From assembly GCA_043228905.1 (NCBI GenBank), contig JBHGNT010000021.1, forward strand, positions 7,626,001-7,690,000: 64,000 nt of DNA, in the 5' to 3' direction. This document shows, in pieces, positions 1-11,933 of the stretch. The notes below the pieces were generated by a model. The model was not told the DNA's origin. It was given only the letters and a program-made list of their open reading frames with translations, and ran no database searches. The DNA comes from Azolla caroliniana. Its lineage: Eukaryota; Plantae; Polypodiophyta. The position numbers were made by a program, and so were the translations under genes. Within the stretch, counting starts at the first letter, position 1. Every line of letters starts with the position of its first letter.

Positions 1-1283
1 CCCCCATGTACAAAATCTATTCCACTGAGTTTCTGTCACTTATCATGAGAGTATTGGGTGGCAAGCGAAGAACTCAAGAATTTGAGTTAGATAATCCAAT
101 TCAAAAGCTAAGCTAATATGAGCCCATATGCAAAGTTATGATGATAACCCCAAAAGTGGTTATCTTTGATGTTCCGTATCAATACATGGTAACTCAAATA
201 CATAAGCTATCAATGTCAATTCAGCAAAGGGATTACATAGTGAGCACAGATTATTTCCCAAAGATAGAATTTTATTTCAATTCAATCAGTTCTCCTCCAA
301 AATGAAGAAAGGCCAACAGAATCATCAACAGCTATATATAAGAATGACATATGTCATTCATTGAGATTCCAACCATAATATGTTGCATTTCAATCCATCA
401 GGGGAGCATAATTTATCAATTTGACTTAATCATAGAAATACATAAAAAGCCTCAGCAAAGGACGGGTTTTTTATCAACTATGTGAGTAATTATCAGCAGA
501 GAACGTCTAATTTATGAAAGCATTGAAAAGTGATGAAATTTTTCATGCAAAAATAGAGTTTTCAATCAATGAAGTCAATTATGCATATGTATAGTTTATT
601 GCCCCACTCATCTAAGAACGATGTGTGTCCTTCAGCTAGCCATATATCATGTTGTCCATCAATGAAGAGCGCCTAATTTATCGACTCCCCTCTAAGTATA
701 GAAAGATATAAAATCATAAGCAAGAACAAAGTTTTGGATCAATTAAATCTATTACGTAAGTAGCTACCAGAGTCTGAATATTATAACATTACTCTACACA
801 AGAATGGCATGTGTCATTCATCCAACCATATGCCAATAAAAGAAAGCATACATAATTTACGATAGAAATTTGGATAAAAGAGGCCATCTCAATACAAAAG
901 CAATCATAAGCATCATTAATAATAACAAGGAAGCAGATGTTCACAATGAATTTCTTTGTTTGAAGATTGGACAACTACATCACTTGCATGTACAAAAGCA
1001 TTACGCTCACAAAGTCAGGATCCATTATATTTGATGCTTTGAAATTCTTGATGACAAAATATGAAATTGATGTATATGTATATAATTCGAGAAACAATCA
1101 TTCCTAAAACACGAAAAATAAAAACAGGCGAGTGGATAAGGCTGAGTATGAGTATGAGTATGAGAACGAGATAGAATGCATAATTCAAGAGCAAAACAAA
1201 GGGGGGCAGGCAGGAAGGAAACAAAATACAAGCACACCGCAGACATTAGAAAAGCAAAAGCAGGGAACAGCAAGAAAATCAAA

Positions 1284-1481
1284 CTAGCCAAAAATAGAGA
1301 AAGGGCCAAGGAAGGCACGAACCGCAACAGTGAAGGATGCGCCTGCCGTGACGAGGCCAGGTAGACCGAAACCTCGGAGGGCATTGTCGCGGAAGTCATA
1401 GACTGCATCATGAGCTGCTTCGCGAAACACAGACCCCACATCAGACACAGTCCTGCGGAGGGCCCCCAAGAACTTCTCCAT
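1284..1481 (-). CDS. Possible first coding exon of an unidentified host gene (MEKFLGALRRTVSDVGSVFREAAHDAVYDF...)
   Basis: GC-richer open frame in AT-rich DNA, ATG at 1481 downstream of (GA)n/(TTG)n UTR-like tracts. Candidate donor GCG|GTTCGT at 1323/1322 followed by T-rich intron-like sequence. No recognisable domain. Confidence 0.3.
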   Translation of the reverse strand: MEKFLGALRRTVSDVGSVFREAAHDAVYDFRDNALRGFGLPGLVTAGASFTVAVRAFLGPFSIFG

Positions 1482-1579
1482 GAAAACCTTGGAATGCAGC
1501 ACCACCAAGAATGGCTACTCAACAACAACAACAACAACAGTCTCTCTCTCACTCTCACTCACACTCACTCTCTGTGTAC

Positions 1580-1689
1580 TGTGTCTGTGTCTGTGTCTGT
1601 GTGTGTTCCAAATCCTCACATAAATCCTGCTCTCTGTGTCTGTGTCTGTGTCTGTGTGTGTTCCAAATCCTCACATAAATCCTGCTCTC
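1580..1689. repeat. 55-bp direct tandem duplication ((TGTGTC)n...TTCCAAATCCTCACATAAATCCTGCTCTC) x2
   Basis: TTCCAAATCC occurs at 1606 and 1661 with matching context. Confidence 0.9.
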
Positions 1690-1813
1690 TCTCTGCTATG
1701 CCATGCTATGCTATATCTATATCCCCTTCCAATGGAACACTATCTTTTCTATAGACTGCATATACTGTACTACTGTACAATGTACATACCCACCATCATC
1801 AACTTCTCGGTGG

Positions 1814-1899
1814 TGGTGTCCGGTGTCCGGCCCCAATATCCGGTGTCCAACCTAGTGTCCGGTGTCCGCCCTAGTGTCTGGTGTCCGCAACCGGACATC
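1814..1899. repeat. Cluster of short (G)GTGTCC motifs with one inverted copy (CCGGACA)
   Basis: About six GTGTCC copies within 90 bp. Confidence 0.7.
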
Positions 1900-3085
1900 T
1901 CTCCAACTCAACCCGTTTCCCACTGTTAACAATACCCGTCAAAGGTAACTAGTGCTTAGTTGCACTAAACTAGTCTTAAGATCTTCCTCCTCTCCATGTT
2001 GATCATAGAGCATGGGTAACTTAAACACCCTAACTCGTATCACTTACCCATGACCTCATTATGCATGCACGACACTTAATACGATCATGATCATGAAAGA
2101 GAGTATAAATGAACGGCTTTAGCTTCGAGTGACAACACTAGTTAGATGGTTATGCACTGATCACATCACAAACATTACACCACAAAGACTTGAGGAAGGA
2201 AGAATTATATCACAAAATAATTACATTGTGTCATATCTTTATGTGCTCATGCATCTCTATTGCAAATGCACCTTGTAGAATATTTATATATGTTACATGT
2301 TGAGTCACTTTAATTACCTATTCATTAACTATCTATCATACTAACTTAGTCATATGGCGTGATCAAGTATATATATTTACTTTTATTTAATTTATACATC
2401 GTGATATTTCAGCCATTGCACGCCCATTTGATGTCCAACACTATGGCACATCCATGGGATAATAGATTCAACGAATGAATTCCCCTCGACAAGCAATGCA
2501 AAATCCTATAACTCTTATACCAAGTATGTTAAAGCTTAATCCTAATGTAAGCAAAAGATACGGAAATATAAGATAGGAGAAGAGAGAGAAGGAAGGGTGC
2601 CAATTCACTCGACCACCCCTGAACAAAGGGATCGAGACAGACTCAAGCCTCGATCAGCGTCCCATACCGTCGTTGTGGCATCGAGTCGTACATGGTACTG
2701 GCACGCTCAGTACAAGAGTTGATCACCACAAGATCAAAGTCTCAACATAGTTGATAATGTTGGAAGCAATCGTCAGGTGCGGAACAAACTCAACAATCTT
2801 AGAGATGAAGACCTTCAAATAATACAAAGGAACAGATTGATAATACGAGATAACTAAATCATAAGACAAGATCAATAGGAAAGACACAGAGAAAAAGTAC
2901 ACCAAGTTAGGTGTTGATAATCAGACTCAACCTCCCATAGAGACAATGTTCACACTAGCCAATGGACATCATACTATACTAGATTTGTAATTAGTAGAAA
3001 GGGCACTTGCCCTAGACTAGTTGGTTTTAAACCAACTCTTTGTAACTTAGTTAGTGTCAGAGGTAATTCTATCTTTTTACTAATA

Positions 3086-3124
<39 letters not shown>

Positions 3125-3410
3125 TAACTTTGTGTTTCTCTGTCTCTCTGTCTGTCTCAGTCTCTCTCTTGTTTCACTCCAACCATCATTGTTTACATTT
3201 TATAGCTCATTGGAAAGCTTTCAGAGAGCTTTCTAAGGAATGTTCATTTACTGAATTCTGTTACCATGGCAAGAAGTTATGAACATTTTCGTCCGCATCC
3301 ATCTTTGCCCCACAACTCCTCAAACGCAAGGCAGATTTTGAAGCCCTAAATCAAGTGAAAGGTACATTTTCTCTCTCCCTCTCTCTCTTCTCATAGGGTT
3401 TGGTCCTACA

Positions 3411-4289
3411 ATGACACACACTCATAAGACCGCCTCAAAGTTCAGGAGTATGATTGATAATGAACCAAAATCACCAACAAATGTTGATTCCAATGCAATA
3501 AACACAATGGACAAAATGCTTATGAGTCACTTGATTTCTCTTCAAGAAACCATAAACAAGCAAGGTGAAGAGATTAGGATGTTAATGAATGAGAATGCTA
3601 AGCTCCAAACTATTGCCATTGAGAATAAAATTCTTAAGAAAGTGGTCGCAAAACTTGAAGAAGAGATTCAAGAATGTAAAAGAGCTTCTTTCGAAACAAA
3701 TGAGCGCCTTAATAAGATTGAGTTAAAGGAAGCATTAAAAGAAGAAAAATTAGACACGATGAGGCGGGATGTAAGTGAGATGAAAAATGTATGTACACCG
3801 AAATCATGGGCCGATGTATGTGGTGGGGAAGGGGTATCAAACTCATCTAATATGCATGTGATACATTAAGAGAAGAATATAGAAAGCGTGGATGCCCGAG
3901 AATTGAAGGAGCGTGAATGAAGATCAAAGAACATTGTTATCCGTGGGATCAAAGAGGAGAGTATGGAAACACCCGCTTCCCTTGGAAAGGCCATTGGTGA
4001 TTTTTTTAGCATGCATTATGGGATGTCAGATGTGAATGTATATGGGGCACACCGAGTTGGGAAACATGGTGTTACTCGCTCTGGAGAAAGGCCCATTGTA
4101 TGCACAATGATGGATGATACAAAGCAACACATCATACTCGAAAATAGTTGGGTACACCTCAAAGGTACGCAATGCTTTGTGAGTGAAGATCGTACTATCT
4201 CACAACAAAATGCCCTTCGTAAAGCATATGAAGAAAGATTGAAAAATAAGGTTAAGGATGTGCTTAAAGATGGAAATGTAGGCAAATAG
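3411..4289 (+). pseudogene. LINE1 ORF1 (coiled coil followed by RRM-like region), in-frame stops near 3867 and 3918
   Basis: ORFs 3411-3869 and 3963-4289 share a frame; heptad E/K/L-rich stretch followed by SWADV and RSKNIVIRGIKE, typical of LINE ORF1. Confidence 0.75.
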
Positions 4290-4313
4290 GGACACGTAAT
4301 CTATGAGACTAAA

Positions 4314-4515
4314 CCACGTCTTTTATGACTATGTTTTTGGAATTGCAATGGATAACCATGGAATGCGGGATTTGGCATACAGGAGTTCATCGATGACTCG
4401 GATATCACACTTATTCCACGTCTTTTACGACTATGTTTTTGGAATTGCAATGGATACCCATGGAATGCGGGATTTGGCATAGAGAAGTTCATCGATGACT
4501 CAGATATCACACTTC
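4314..4515 (+). repeat. ~100-bp tandem duplication at the start of LINE1 ORF2
   Basis: CCACGTCTTTTA(T/C)GACTATGTTTTTGGAATTGCAATGG...GATATCACACTT occurs twice; single in LINE2. Confidence 0.9.
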
Positions 4516-5663
4516 TTGTTGAAACATGGGAGCATGATACTCAATGGATTCAAGGTTTAGGAAACTATAATGTACACTTTTTGATATGGGAGAAAAATCC
4601 AAGACAAAGAAGAGGACAAGGAGGGGTGGCATGTTTGATTAAGAAGGAAATAGAGAATTACGTGTCAATCGTAAAAAATGATGAGCATAAATGCTACATA
4701 TGGCTCAAAATAGAAACACCTAATGATTTGCCCACTTTTGTAGTTAGATGTTACATTCCTCATCAAGATTCTAACTTTTATGCTTGTTTGGATAAAGATA
4801 AACTTTTTGCCAATCTAGAAGATGATATTGCTTATTTCAAATCCAAAGGGGAAGTTATTGTCTTTGGTGACATGAATGCTCATACAAGAAGTTTCCAACT
4901 TTCATGCCACATATCTCAAGGATGCAAGAGGATATGCAAATGTATAGTCGATCTTCTATCGATGAAAAAGATGCGGACCACTTTGGGAAGTTACTCCTAC
5001 AAATGTGCAATAGTACCGTATTGCTTATTGCAAATGGTATTTCCTTATGGCCCAACACTAATGGTTTTACATGTTGAAAACACAACGGAAATAGTGTGAT
5101 TGACTATGTGCTACTTTCCAAAGGTATTTTGGATTGTATACATAAATTCTCACTTGGTGAATGAACACCGGAATTCGATCATAGGCCTTTATGTATTGAT
5201 CTCAAATGTATGCATAGGTTTGATTTTGAGAAGGTTGTTGAAGATAATAAACAATCGCACTTGAGCATGAACCTTAAGTGAGCACCCATGTATTCCAAGA
5301 TGGTTGAGGAAATGTTACAAATGACAAAGATACAACATGGTGCCACACTAGAATGCAAATGGGAAGCTTTTAAGAATGTCATTCTCTCGTACAAACAAAT
5401 GTTTTTCAACCAACCGCACATCATGGATATGCGCCAATAAATGTAAGAAAAAATGGTTTGATAAAGAATGTCATGAAGCTCGAAAGTGCCTTATGGTTTT
5501 GGATGTAGTTAAGGATAAAGAAAATTACCAAAAGCATTTGTATGAGTATAAAAGGCTTATTCAAAGAAAGAGATGAATATGGGAAGTTACTCAACAACTT
5601 CTCCAAACGCAAGAGAAAGCACATGCATGTGCTAAATTTTGGGGAAATCTAAAGGGGAAATGT
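4416..5663 (+). pseudogene. LINE1 ORF2, endonuclease portion (frameshift and stops)
   Basis: ORF 4581-5099 and following fragments; short deletion near 4900 relative to LINE2. Confidence 0.85.
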
Positions 5664-6220
5664 TGTCGTGAAGATTTCAGGCGACGGTGTGAAACCGGGG
5701 TGGAATGGGCAAGTCGGTGGTGTGCAACATGTGCACATGTATACTAGGAAATGGTGTATAGAAATAAGAGGGGAAATTTTATCCCACATTGTAAGGTCCC
5801 TCCCTCCTTGGGCTATAAAGGGAAGGGAGGGGTCACTTATGAAGGGGTTGCCTATTTTGCGTATGAGAGGTATACCACTTAGTCTAGAGTTCTTACAGTT
5901 TTAGGGTTAGGGTTTCGTTTAGGGTTTTCTTCTTGATCTTCTTTACTTGCTTATCGGGGTTAGGGTTTTGTTATACCGTTTGGTGCAGCCTATGCGGCCT
6001 TGGTTGTAATCTTTGTGAACTCTTAATATAGCTTGTTGATCTTCTTGCCTTGTGGGTGTATCTTGATTTTATTATATTCTATGTTTATGTGCTATTCTTC
6101 CTCTTCTCCTCTTGAGCTAAGCTTCCATTTTGTGTCTTATTCCTTCTCCTCTACTCCCTCGTCTGAGACCCCCGTGGTCCCGCCCCTTCTACACGCACGC
6201 GTGTAATAACGTGACATCTT

Positions 6221-6238
6221 TGGTGAACCCGACGTGAA
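6221..6238 (+). other. Primer-binding site complementary to the 3' end of tRNA-Trp
   Basis: TGGTGAACCCGACGTGAA is the reverse complement of TTCACGTCGGGTTCACCA, the 3' end of plant cytosolic tRNA-Trp. The same PBS occurs on the minus strand at 11239-11256, 13579-13596, 29386-29403 and 54462-54479. Confidence 0.85.
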
Positions 6239-6255
6239 GAGGCGGCAAGGGAGCA

Positions 6256-7723
6256 TGGAGATGGAAGAAGACTTTGACTTCGAGGAGATGATGGCAAAGA
6301 TCGTGATGGAAGCCGGACGGAAGATGGCGAAGCGAGATGGGAAGCCGTCGAAAGGGTGGTCAATCGAGTCGACTGGTTCAATGGGAATGAGGTCCCAAGT
6401 TTTTTGAGAGCTTACAATGCCGAGATGACAGAGCGGGGTGTGGACGAAGCGATAAGGCTAGATTTTTTTGTCGAGTGGCAGCCGTATCAAGGTACGAAGA
6501 GGTCAAGGAGCTCCGAGAAGCTCACGAATCGTGGGAGTCCTTTGAGGGAGCTCTATTGGAGGCATATGGGTACGCGGAACCGGAAGGAAGAGGTCGACAT
6601 GAGTTCGATCGGTGGATGGCGTCGGCGAGGCGTCATCAGAGCGCGATGGAGGCATTCCGAGAGTTCGAGCGTCGTTTCTCAAAACTCTCGGAGTGGGAAC
6701 GGAGATTGGTAGGGGCGGACAAAGTCCTCCTATTTTTGAAGACGGTCCATCATGAGGAGAGGATGGGCGTCCTATTTGAGCTTCAAGATGATTATGGAGC
6801 ACATGGTCTCACCGAGGAGTGGTCCAAGGTGGAATGGGTGTGTCGGCAACATGATGCGAGGCAGTCGGCCACAACACGGCCAATGAGCGGTGAGTGACTA
6901 CGCACTACCGCCGAAAGAGAGCTCAACGCAAAATGGTTCGGAGGAGCTCGACCTAGAAGCGCTAATACGGGAGGCATGCGAGCTTGTGAAGGCGAAAATC
7001 GAAGCCGAAGAAGGGCTTATTATGGAGTCGGGCCGGAGGCGATCTGAGGATACGGAGGAAGAAGCCTCCCTAAGTGTAGAAGACGGGGCATGTATGGAGG
7101 CCGGGAGAGCGTACGACAACGACATGGGAGAGGGTGCGGAACAAGCAACCCTCTTGCCATGTGGTGAAGGGACGGCCATGGAGGCCGGTAACTACGGATT
7201 CGGGACATGGCGGCCCGAAACATTGAGTGGGGAGGAGACAAATGGTGGTGCCACGACCTTACACACACCGGTCCTAGAGGCTCCGACGGTCGGCCCGAGT
7301 GCCGGCGTGAGACCTAGAACGACGAGCGGTGGCGACGGCAAGGCGGGCAACCGAGACGACAATGAGGATTGTAGCGGATGGAGGCAAGACCCCTCGACAC
7401 TGGGGCCAGAGACTACGGTGGTTGCACTCGAATGCCAACATAAGACCGGAGAGAAGGGCGGTGGCCGTGAGGAGGTGTGGCCCGGAGCGAACACGTACGA
7501 AGATGAGGATGCGAGGCCCAGAACAGGCATATACAAGAGGACCGGTGGAGAGGTCGGGAGCGGCAAAGGGGAGAGAGTCGGGAACCGACTCAACCGAAAG
7601 ACGAAGTGGAAGAAGAGTGAAGCGGGGGCCGGTCAACCGGGCCAAACCGAAAGAAGCCGGCAAGACCGGGATTGTTTGATCGACTCCTTACCGGTCGGTT
7701 ACGGTTACGATGGGAGCTGGTGA
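6256..7723 (+). pseudogene. TG1 Gag-like protein with acidic low-complexity tail, frameshifted
   Basis: Fragments FNGNEVPSFLRAYNAEM, SWESFEGALLEAY, DKVLLF and GLTEEW match the TG2, TG3 and Phy Gag proteins. Confidence 0.8.
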
Positions 7724-9053
7724 GCATGAGGAGGCCAAGCGGACGCAACGACTATGGTCCGGTGGAAGACCGGAAGCAAGAGGAATCCTCCACACCTATT
7801 CTAGAGACTTCAGCGGTTGCAGATCGACGTAAGACCAGAGACACGACGGGTGACGGCGAGGAGTCGGTTACCGGAGCGGGTATCCGGTATGAAATAATGG
7901 ACAAGCGGGGCCAATACGGCAAGCCCGAGTCGGAATGGGCTACGACAACAAATGGGGAAGAGGCCGACGCGGAGGTCGAGACTACGACGGGAGAAGCGTG
8001 TAACACGAAGCATGCACTACGGTGCGATATGGAGCATGCATTACGGTCGACGAAGGGCCAAAGAGCGAGCGTGCACCCGGAAGAGCGGCAATGAGTGACC
8101 GGTGATAACGATCTGGTCGAGCCTTCGAGAGGCAAGTACGAGACAGAGAACAAAGGGCTACGTGCTGGGAAGAGGAAGCGCGACTTTCTGAAGGGCATGC
8201 AAAGCCAAGCGGGCCAAGAAGCCGTGAGTCGAGACGAAGCGGTAACGAGAGCCGCAAAGGACGCCAAAGCGGGGACACCGACACGAATGTCGGGATAGAG
8301 GTACGGTCTACCACGAGAGAGCACGGCAAGCAAGGGAGAAGGGAGGAGCTCGTATTGGGGTCACCTAAGGACCGAAGAACGAGCGCGCATTCGGTGGACG
8401 ACAACGACACACGGAAAGAGCCTACGGAAGGTGAGCGCGGTGTCGTGCCTTTCGGCTCCGGATCGTTGCGTGAGTCGGGTGGGAACCGCCGAGGTTTTGG
8501 ACTAGGAGAAAGAAGAATATGAGATGAGGCTAGTAATAAATAGATTATTAGAAAGAGAGATAGAAATTTCGTGAATCCCACGAGTGTATTTTATTCGATT
8601 AATCAATATTTAGATAAGAATATGTATTTAGATTGAAAGAAAGATATAAGAAACTTGTGAATCCCACAAGTATAGATTATATTATTTTCGTGAATCCCAC
8701 GATTATATTAATCGGTTGGTGTTTTCGGAAATATATCCAATTTCCAAATATTTCACACCTATTACATTGTGCTCCCCATCCTTATGTAGTGATGGGAGAG
8801 ACTAAGCATAGCTACATGCTTTTTTTCTAATACGTTCATGCACACTAAATGTGCATGTGATGCTTTTCTAATCCTTGCTTTTATTTGCTAAATATAGTGC
8901 TCATGCACGCTAGATGTGCATGAGTCACTTTTTAGTTGCTTGCGTTTTTCTACAAAATATTCACGCACTCTAAAAATGCACGATTTACCTTTTAATAAAG
9001 GTAGGTGCAAATAAAGCACTTATAGTTATTAAATCTATTTGTAGAACACTAAA

Positions 9054-9160
9054 GATAAGGTAGCATAATGGTAAAGTTGAGGTTTAGCTACATGGAGGTA
9101 CAAGGTTCGAATCTTGCCCTATGCACGTGATATGTAATTAAATCGGTTATTTTATTTTTA
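9054..9160 (+). promoter_or_regulatory. tRNA-like Pol III A-box/B-box module in the TG2 LTR, antisense to the element (also ~11810-11950 and 14214-14320)
   Basis: TAGCATAATGG (9061-9071), GGTTCGAATC(T/C) (9104-9114), acceptor-like ATAAGG/CCCTAT pairing, and T4-T5 runs at 9150-9166. Confidence 0.6.
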
Positions 9161-9743
9161 CTTTTTCACGTAGTGTACGAAATACACTACGACACTCGCC
9201 CCCTCCGAACCCGCACATCCTCCGGTATGTGCCGAAGTTGCCGATGCTCGTTGTCTCCCCTTCATCCTCCGTTTGTCCCGCTATGTCAACTTTGTCTCTC
9301 CATTTTGAGTAGACCCATTCTTTCCACCCGAACCATTGTCGCCATCCGATCCACCATATTCTTTGTTCTCTCTCGTCATATTCTTGGCCCTTGTCATTCG
9401 TGGTAGTGTCTTTTACTGGCCTCTTTCTTGTCTTCATCAACCTTGACTTTTTTCCGGATCGCTCTCGTCCGATCGACTTTCGGTTTGATCGGCTTCCGAT
9501 CGGATTCGTATTCGGCCGAATCGGAATCGGTTGTTCGGTTTCGATTGAGTCGGTCTCCTTCCAGCCCGGTTTCGATCTATCGGTTTTGGTTTCGGTTGGC
9601 TTTCTTTTCCTCGTTTTCACCAGCCTCGACCGGTCCAACCTCCGATTGAGTCGAATTAGCTTCTTTCCGGATCGGTCTCGTCCGATCGGCTTTCGGCTAG
9701 GTCGGCTTCCATCCATATTCGCGTTCGGCCAAGTCAGACTCAG

Positions 9744-11243
9744 TCAATCGGTTTTGACCGAGTCGACCCCTTTTCGGGTCGGCTTTCTTTCGGGTCGTCT
9801 TTCGGCCGAATCCTCATTCGCCCGGTTCGGCTTTCGTTTGTGTCGTCTTTCGGCCGAATTCTCTTCCTTTCGGTTCGGCTTTCTTTCGGGTCGACTTTTG
9901 GTCGAATCCTCTTTTACCCGGTTCGGCTTTCTTTCGGATCGGAATCCCGTCCGGATCACCTTCCATCCAAACCGGCTTCCGACTTTACCTTTCTTGCTGC
10001 CACCTCCCGTCTCTCCGGTCTCACGTTGGTTCTCGGACACAACTGCCGAAGTCTCTAGAATTAGTGGGTAGGAATCCTCGGTATTATCATCCTCCATTGT
10101 TTCACCCATAGCCATATTCTCGGCTATCTCTCCGTCGTATGCATCGACTTCGACCTTTGTTTTCTCTCCGCCACCTTCCGTCTCTTCGGTCTCACGTTGC
10201 CTTTCGAACGCAACCGCCGGAGTCTCTAGAATCAGTGGTGGGGAAGTCTCGATATGGCCATCCGCCATTGATTCGTCCATAGCCACCTTCGATTCGATGT
10301 CATGTTTCGTGGCGACCTCCTCAATCAAGTCCTCCTTGCTCTCTTTCACTGCATCAATTATGCAAACATCAATTATGCTTACCCCTTTTTCACCCGATGT
10401 TTCGGACACTTGTATTCCGAAATCTTCTTCTACACTTGGGTTATCGGCCTTATCCTTCGCCGTCGTTCTTTCGCAAGACAAGAGGGTAGCTTGTTTTACA
10501 CCCTCTTCTGTCGCACCATCATGTTGTATTTCGGCCTTCATATCGGCTCCATCGTTTGTCTTCAATCGACCATCCTTCATCGGCCATGTCGTTGACAAGA
10601 TTCTCATCTTCCTCTCATCATGTCTCCGACATACCCTTTCGACTTTGGCCCAATCCTCAGTAAGACCGTTCGCACCGTCATCATCTTCGAGTTCGATCCC
10701 GATGTCCATCCTTTCTTTTCGATCGATCGATTTTACGAACATTAGGACTTTATCCTCTCCCACCAACCGTTGTTCCCGCTCCGAGAGTCGAGCAAAACGA
10801 TTCTCGAACTCTAGGAATGCTTGTGTTGCACTTCGGTGGGTCTTCTCCGATGCCACCCATTCGTCGAATTCTCGCCGATCTTTTCCCTTCGATCTCTTGT
10901 AATCATATGCCTCTCGTAAAGCTTCTTCGAATGACCTCCATGTCGAGTTTTGTTGCCGTATCTTGTGGATTCTCTCTTGTAGCTCATCCGTGGCCACTCG
11001 ATTGAAGGATGTCACTTGCAATCCTTCCGGTATCCCACATCGTATCATCTCCGCCTTGTAGTCACGTAGATAGCGTGACACATCGTTTCCGTTGAATTGT
11101 CCGTTTCGTTGTACGAGCCGCTTTACTGCCCCCGTGATCTCCGACATCACTCGTTGTTCTTGTAGCATCCGCTCGAACATCATCATCATCGTTATGCTCA
11201 TTGCCTCTTGTTGATTCTCCATCTCCTTGCCACCCGTCTTCAC
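9744..11243 (-). CDS. Gag-like protein of the TG2 downstream unit (499-aa open frame; first ATG about 11222)
   Basis: Starts at the PBS. N-terminal ~200 aa homologous to Phy Gag, then acidic and Arg/Lys-rich repeats. No CCHC knuckle. Confidence 0.8.
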   Translation of the reverse strand: MKTGGKEMENQQEAMSITMMMMFERMLQEQRVMSEITGAVKRLVQRNGQFNGNDVSRYLRDYKAEMIRCGIPEGLQVTSFNRVATDELQERIHKIRQQNSTWRSFEEALREAYDYKRSKGKDRREFDEWVASEKTHRSATQAFLEFENRFARLSEREQRLVGEDKVLMFVKSIDRKERMDIGIELEDDDGANGLTEDWAKVERVCRRHDERKMRILSTTWPMKDGRLKTNDGADMKAEIQHDGATEEGVKQATLLSCERTTAKDKADNPSVEEDFGIQVSETSGEKGVSIIDVCIIDAVKESKEDLIEEVATKHDIESKVAMDESMADGHIETSPPLILETPAVAFERQRETEETEGGGEKTKVEVDAYDGEIAENMAMGETMEDDNTEDSYPLILETSAVVSENQRETGETGGGSKKGKVGSRFGWKVIRTGFRSERKPNRVKEDSTKSRPERKPNRKEENSAERRHKRKPNRANEDSAERRPERKPTRKGVDSVKTD

Positions 11244-11933
11244 GTCGGGTTCACCAACTGTGTCGTGCCTTTCGGCTCCGGATCGTTTGCGTGAGTCGGG
11301 TGGGAACCACCGGGGTTTTGGACTAGGAGGAGGAAGAATTTGAGGCTAATCTTGTGAATCCCACAAGTATTACATTAATCAATATTTATGTAAGAATATG
11401 AATTTAGATTGAAAGAGATAGATTATCTTAAACTTCGTGAATCCCACGAGTATATTTTATTGATTGTTGGTGTTTTAGGAAATATATCCAATTTCCCAAA
11501 TATTTTTCACACACCTATTACATTGTGCTCCCCATCCTTATGTAGTGATGGGAGAGACTAAGCATAGCTACATGCTTTTTTCTAATATGTTCATGCACAC
11601 TAAATATGCATGTGATGCTTTTCTAATCCTTGCTTTTATTTGCTAAATATAGTGCTCATGCACGCTAGATGTGCATGAGTCACTTTTTAGTTGCTTGCGT
11701 TTTTCTATAAAATATTCACGCACTCTAAAAATACATGATTTACCTTTTAATAAAGGTAGGCGCAAATAAAGCACTTATAGTTATTAAATCTATTTATAGA
11801 ACACTAAAGATAAGGTAGCATAATGGTAAAGTTGAGGTTTGGCTACGTGGAGGTACAGGGTTCGAATCCTGCCCTATGCACGTGATAAATATCTTGATAT
11901 ATTATTTTATTTATTTATATGTAATTAAATCGG

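Noticed and set aside
1-1280. Short ORFs at the left edge
   Set aside because: AT-rich, low-information frames; more consistent with intron or intergenic DNA.
5900-5970. Interstitial telomere repeats (TTAGGG/TAGGGTTT; also ~15000, ~29840, ~59676)
   Set aside because: Only 2-3 imperfect units at a fixed position downstream of the LTR TATA box; telo-box-like LTR sequence, not a telomeric array.
8633-8830. Identical 65-aa ORFs at 8633 and 13793 as duplicated genes
   Set aside because: They lie within the identical LTRs, start at a non-ATG codon and are not preserved in the middle LTR.
9054-9125. Functional tRNA gene
   Set aside because: No convincing anticodon arm, imperfect stems, and it is copied as part of an LTR; reported only as a tRNA-like module.
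9147-10902. Antisense or alternative-frame ORFs in TG elements as extra genes or env
   Set aside because: They are shadows of GC-rich repetitive Gag tails; the Phe/Ser-rich composition mirrors Lys/Arg/Glu codons and there is no signal-peptide or transmembrane architecture.
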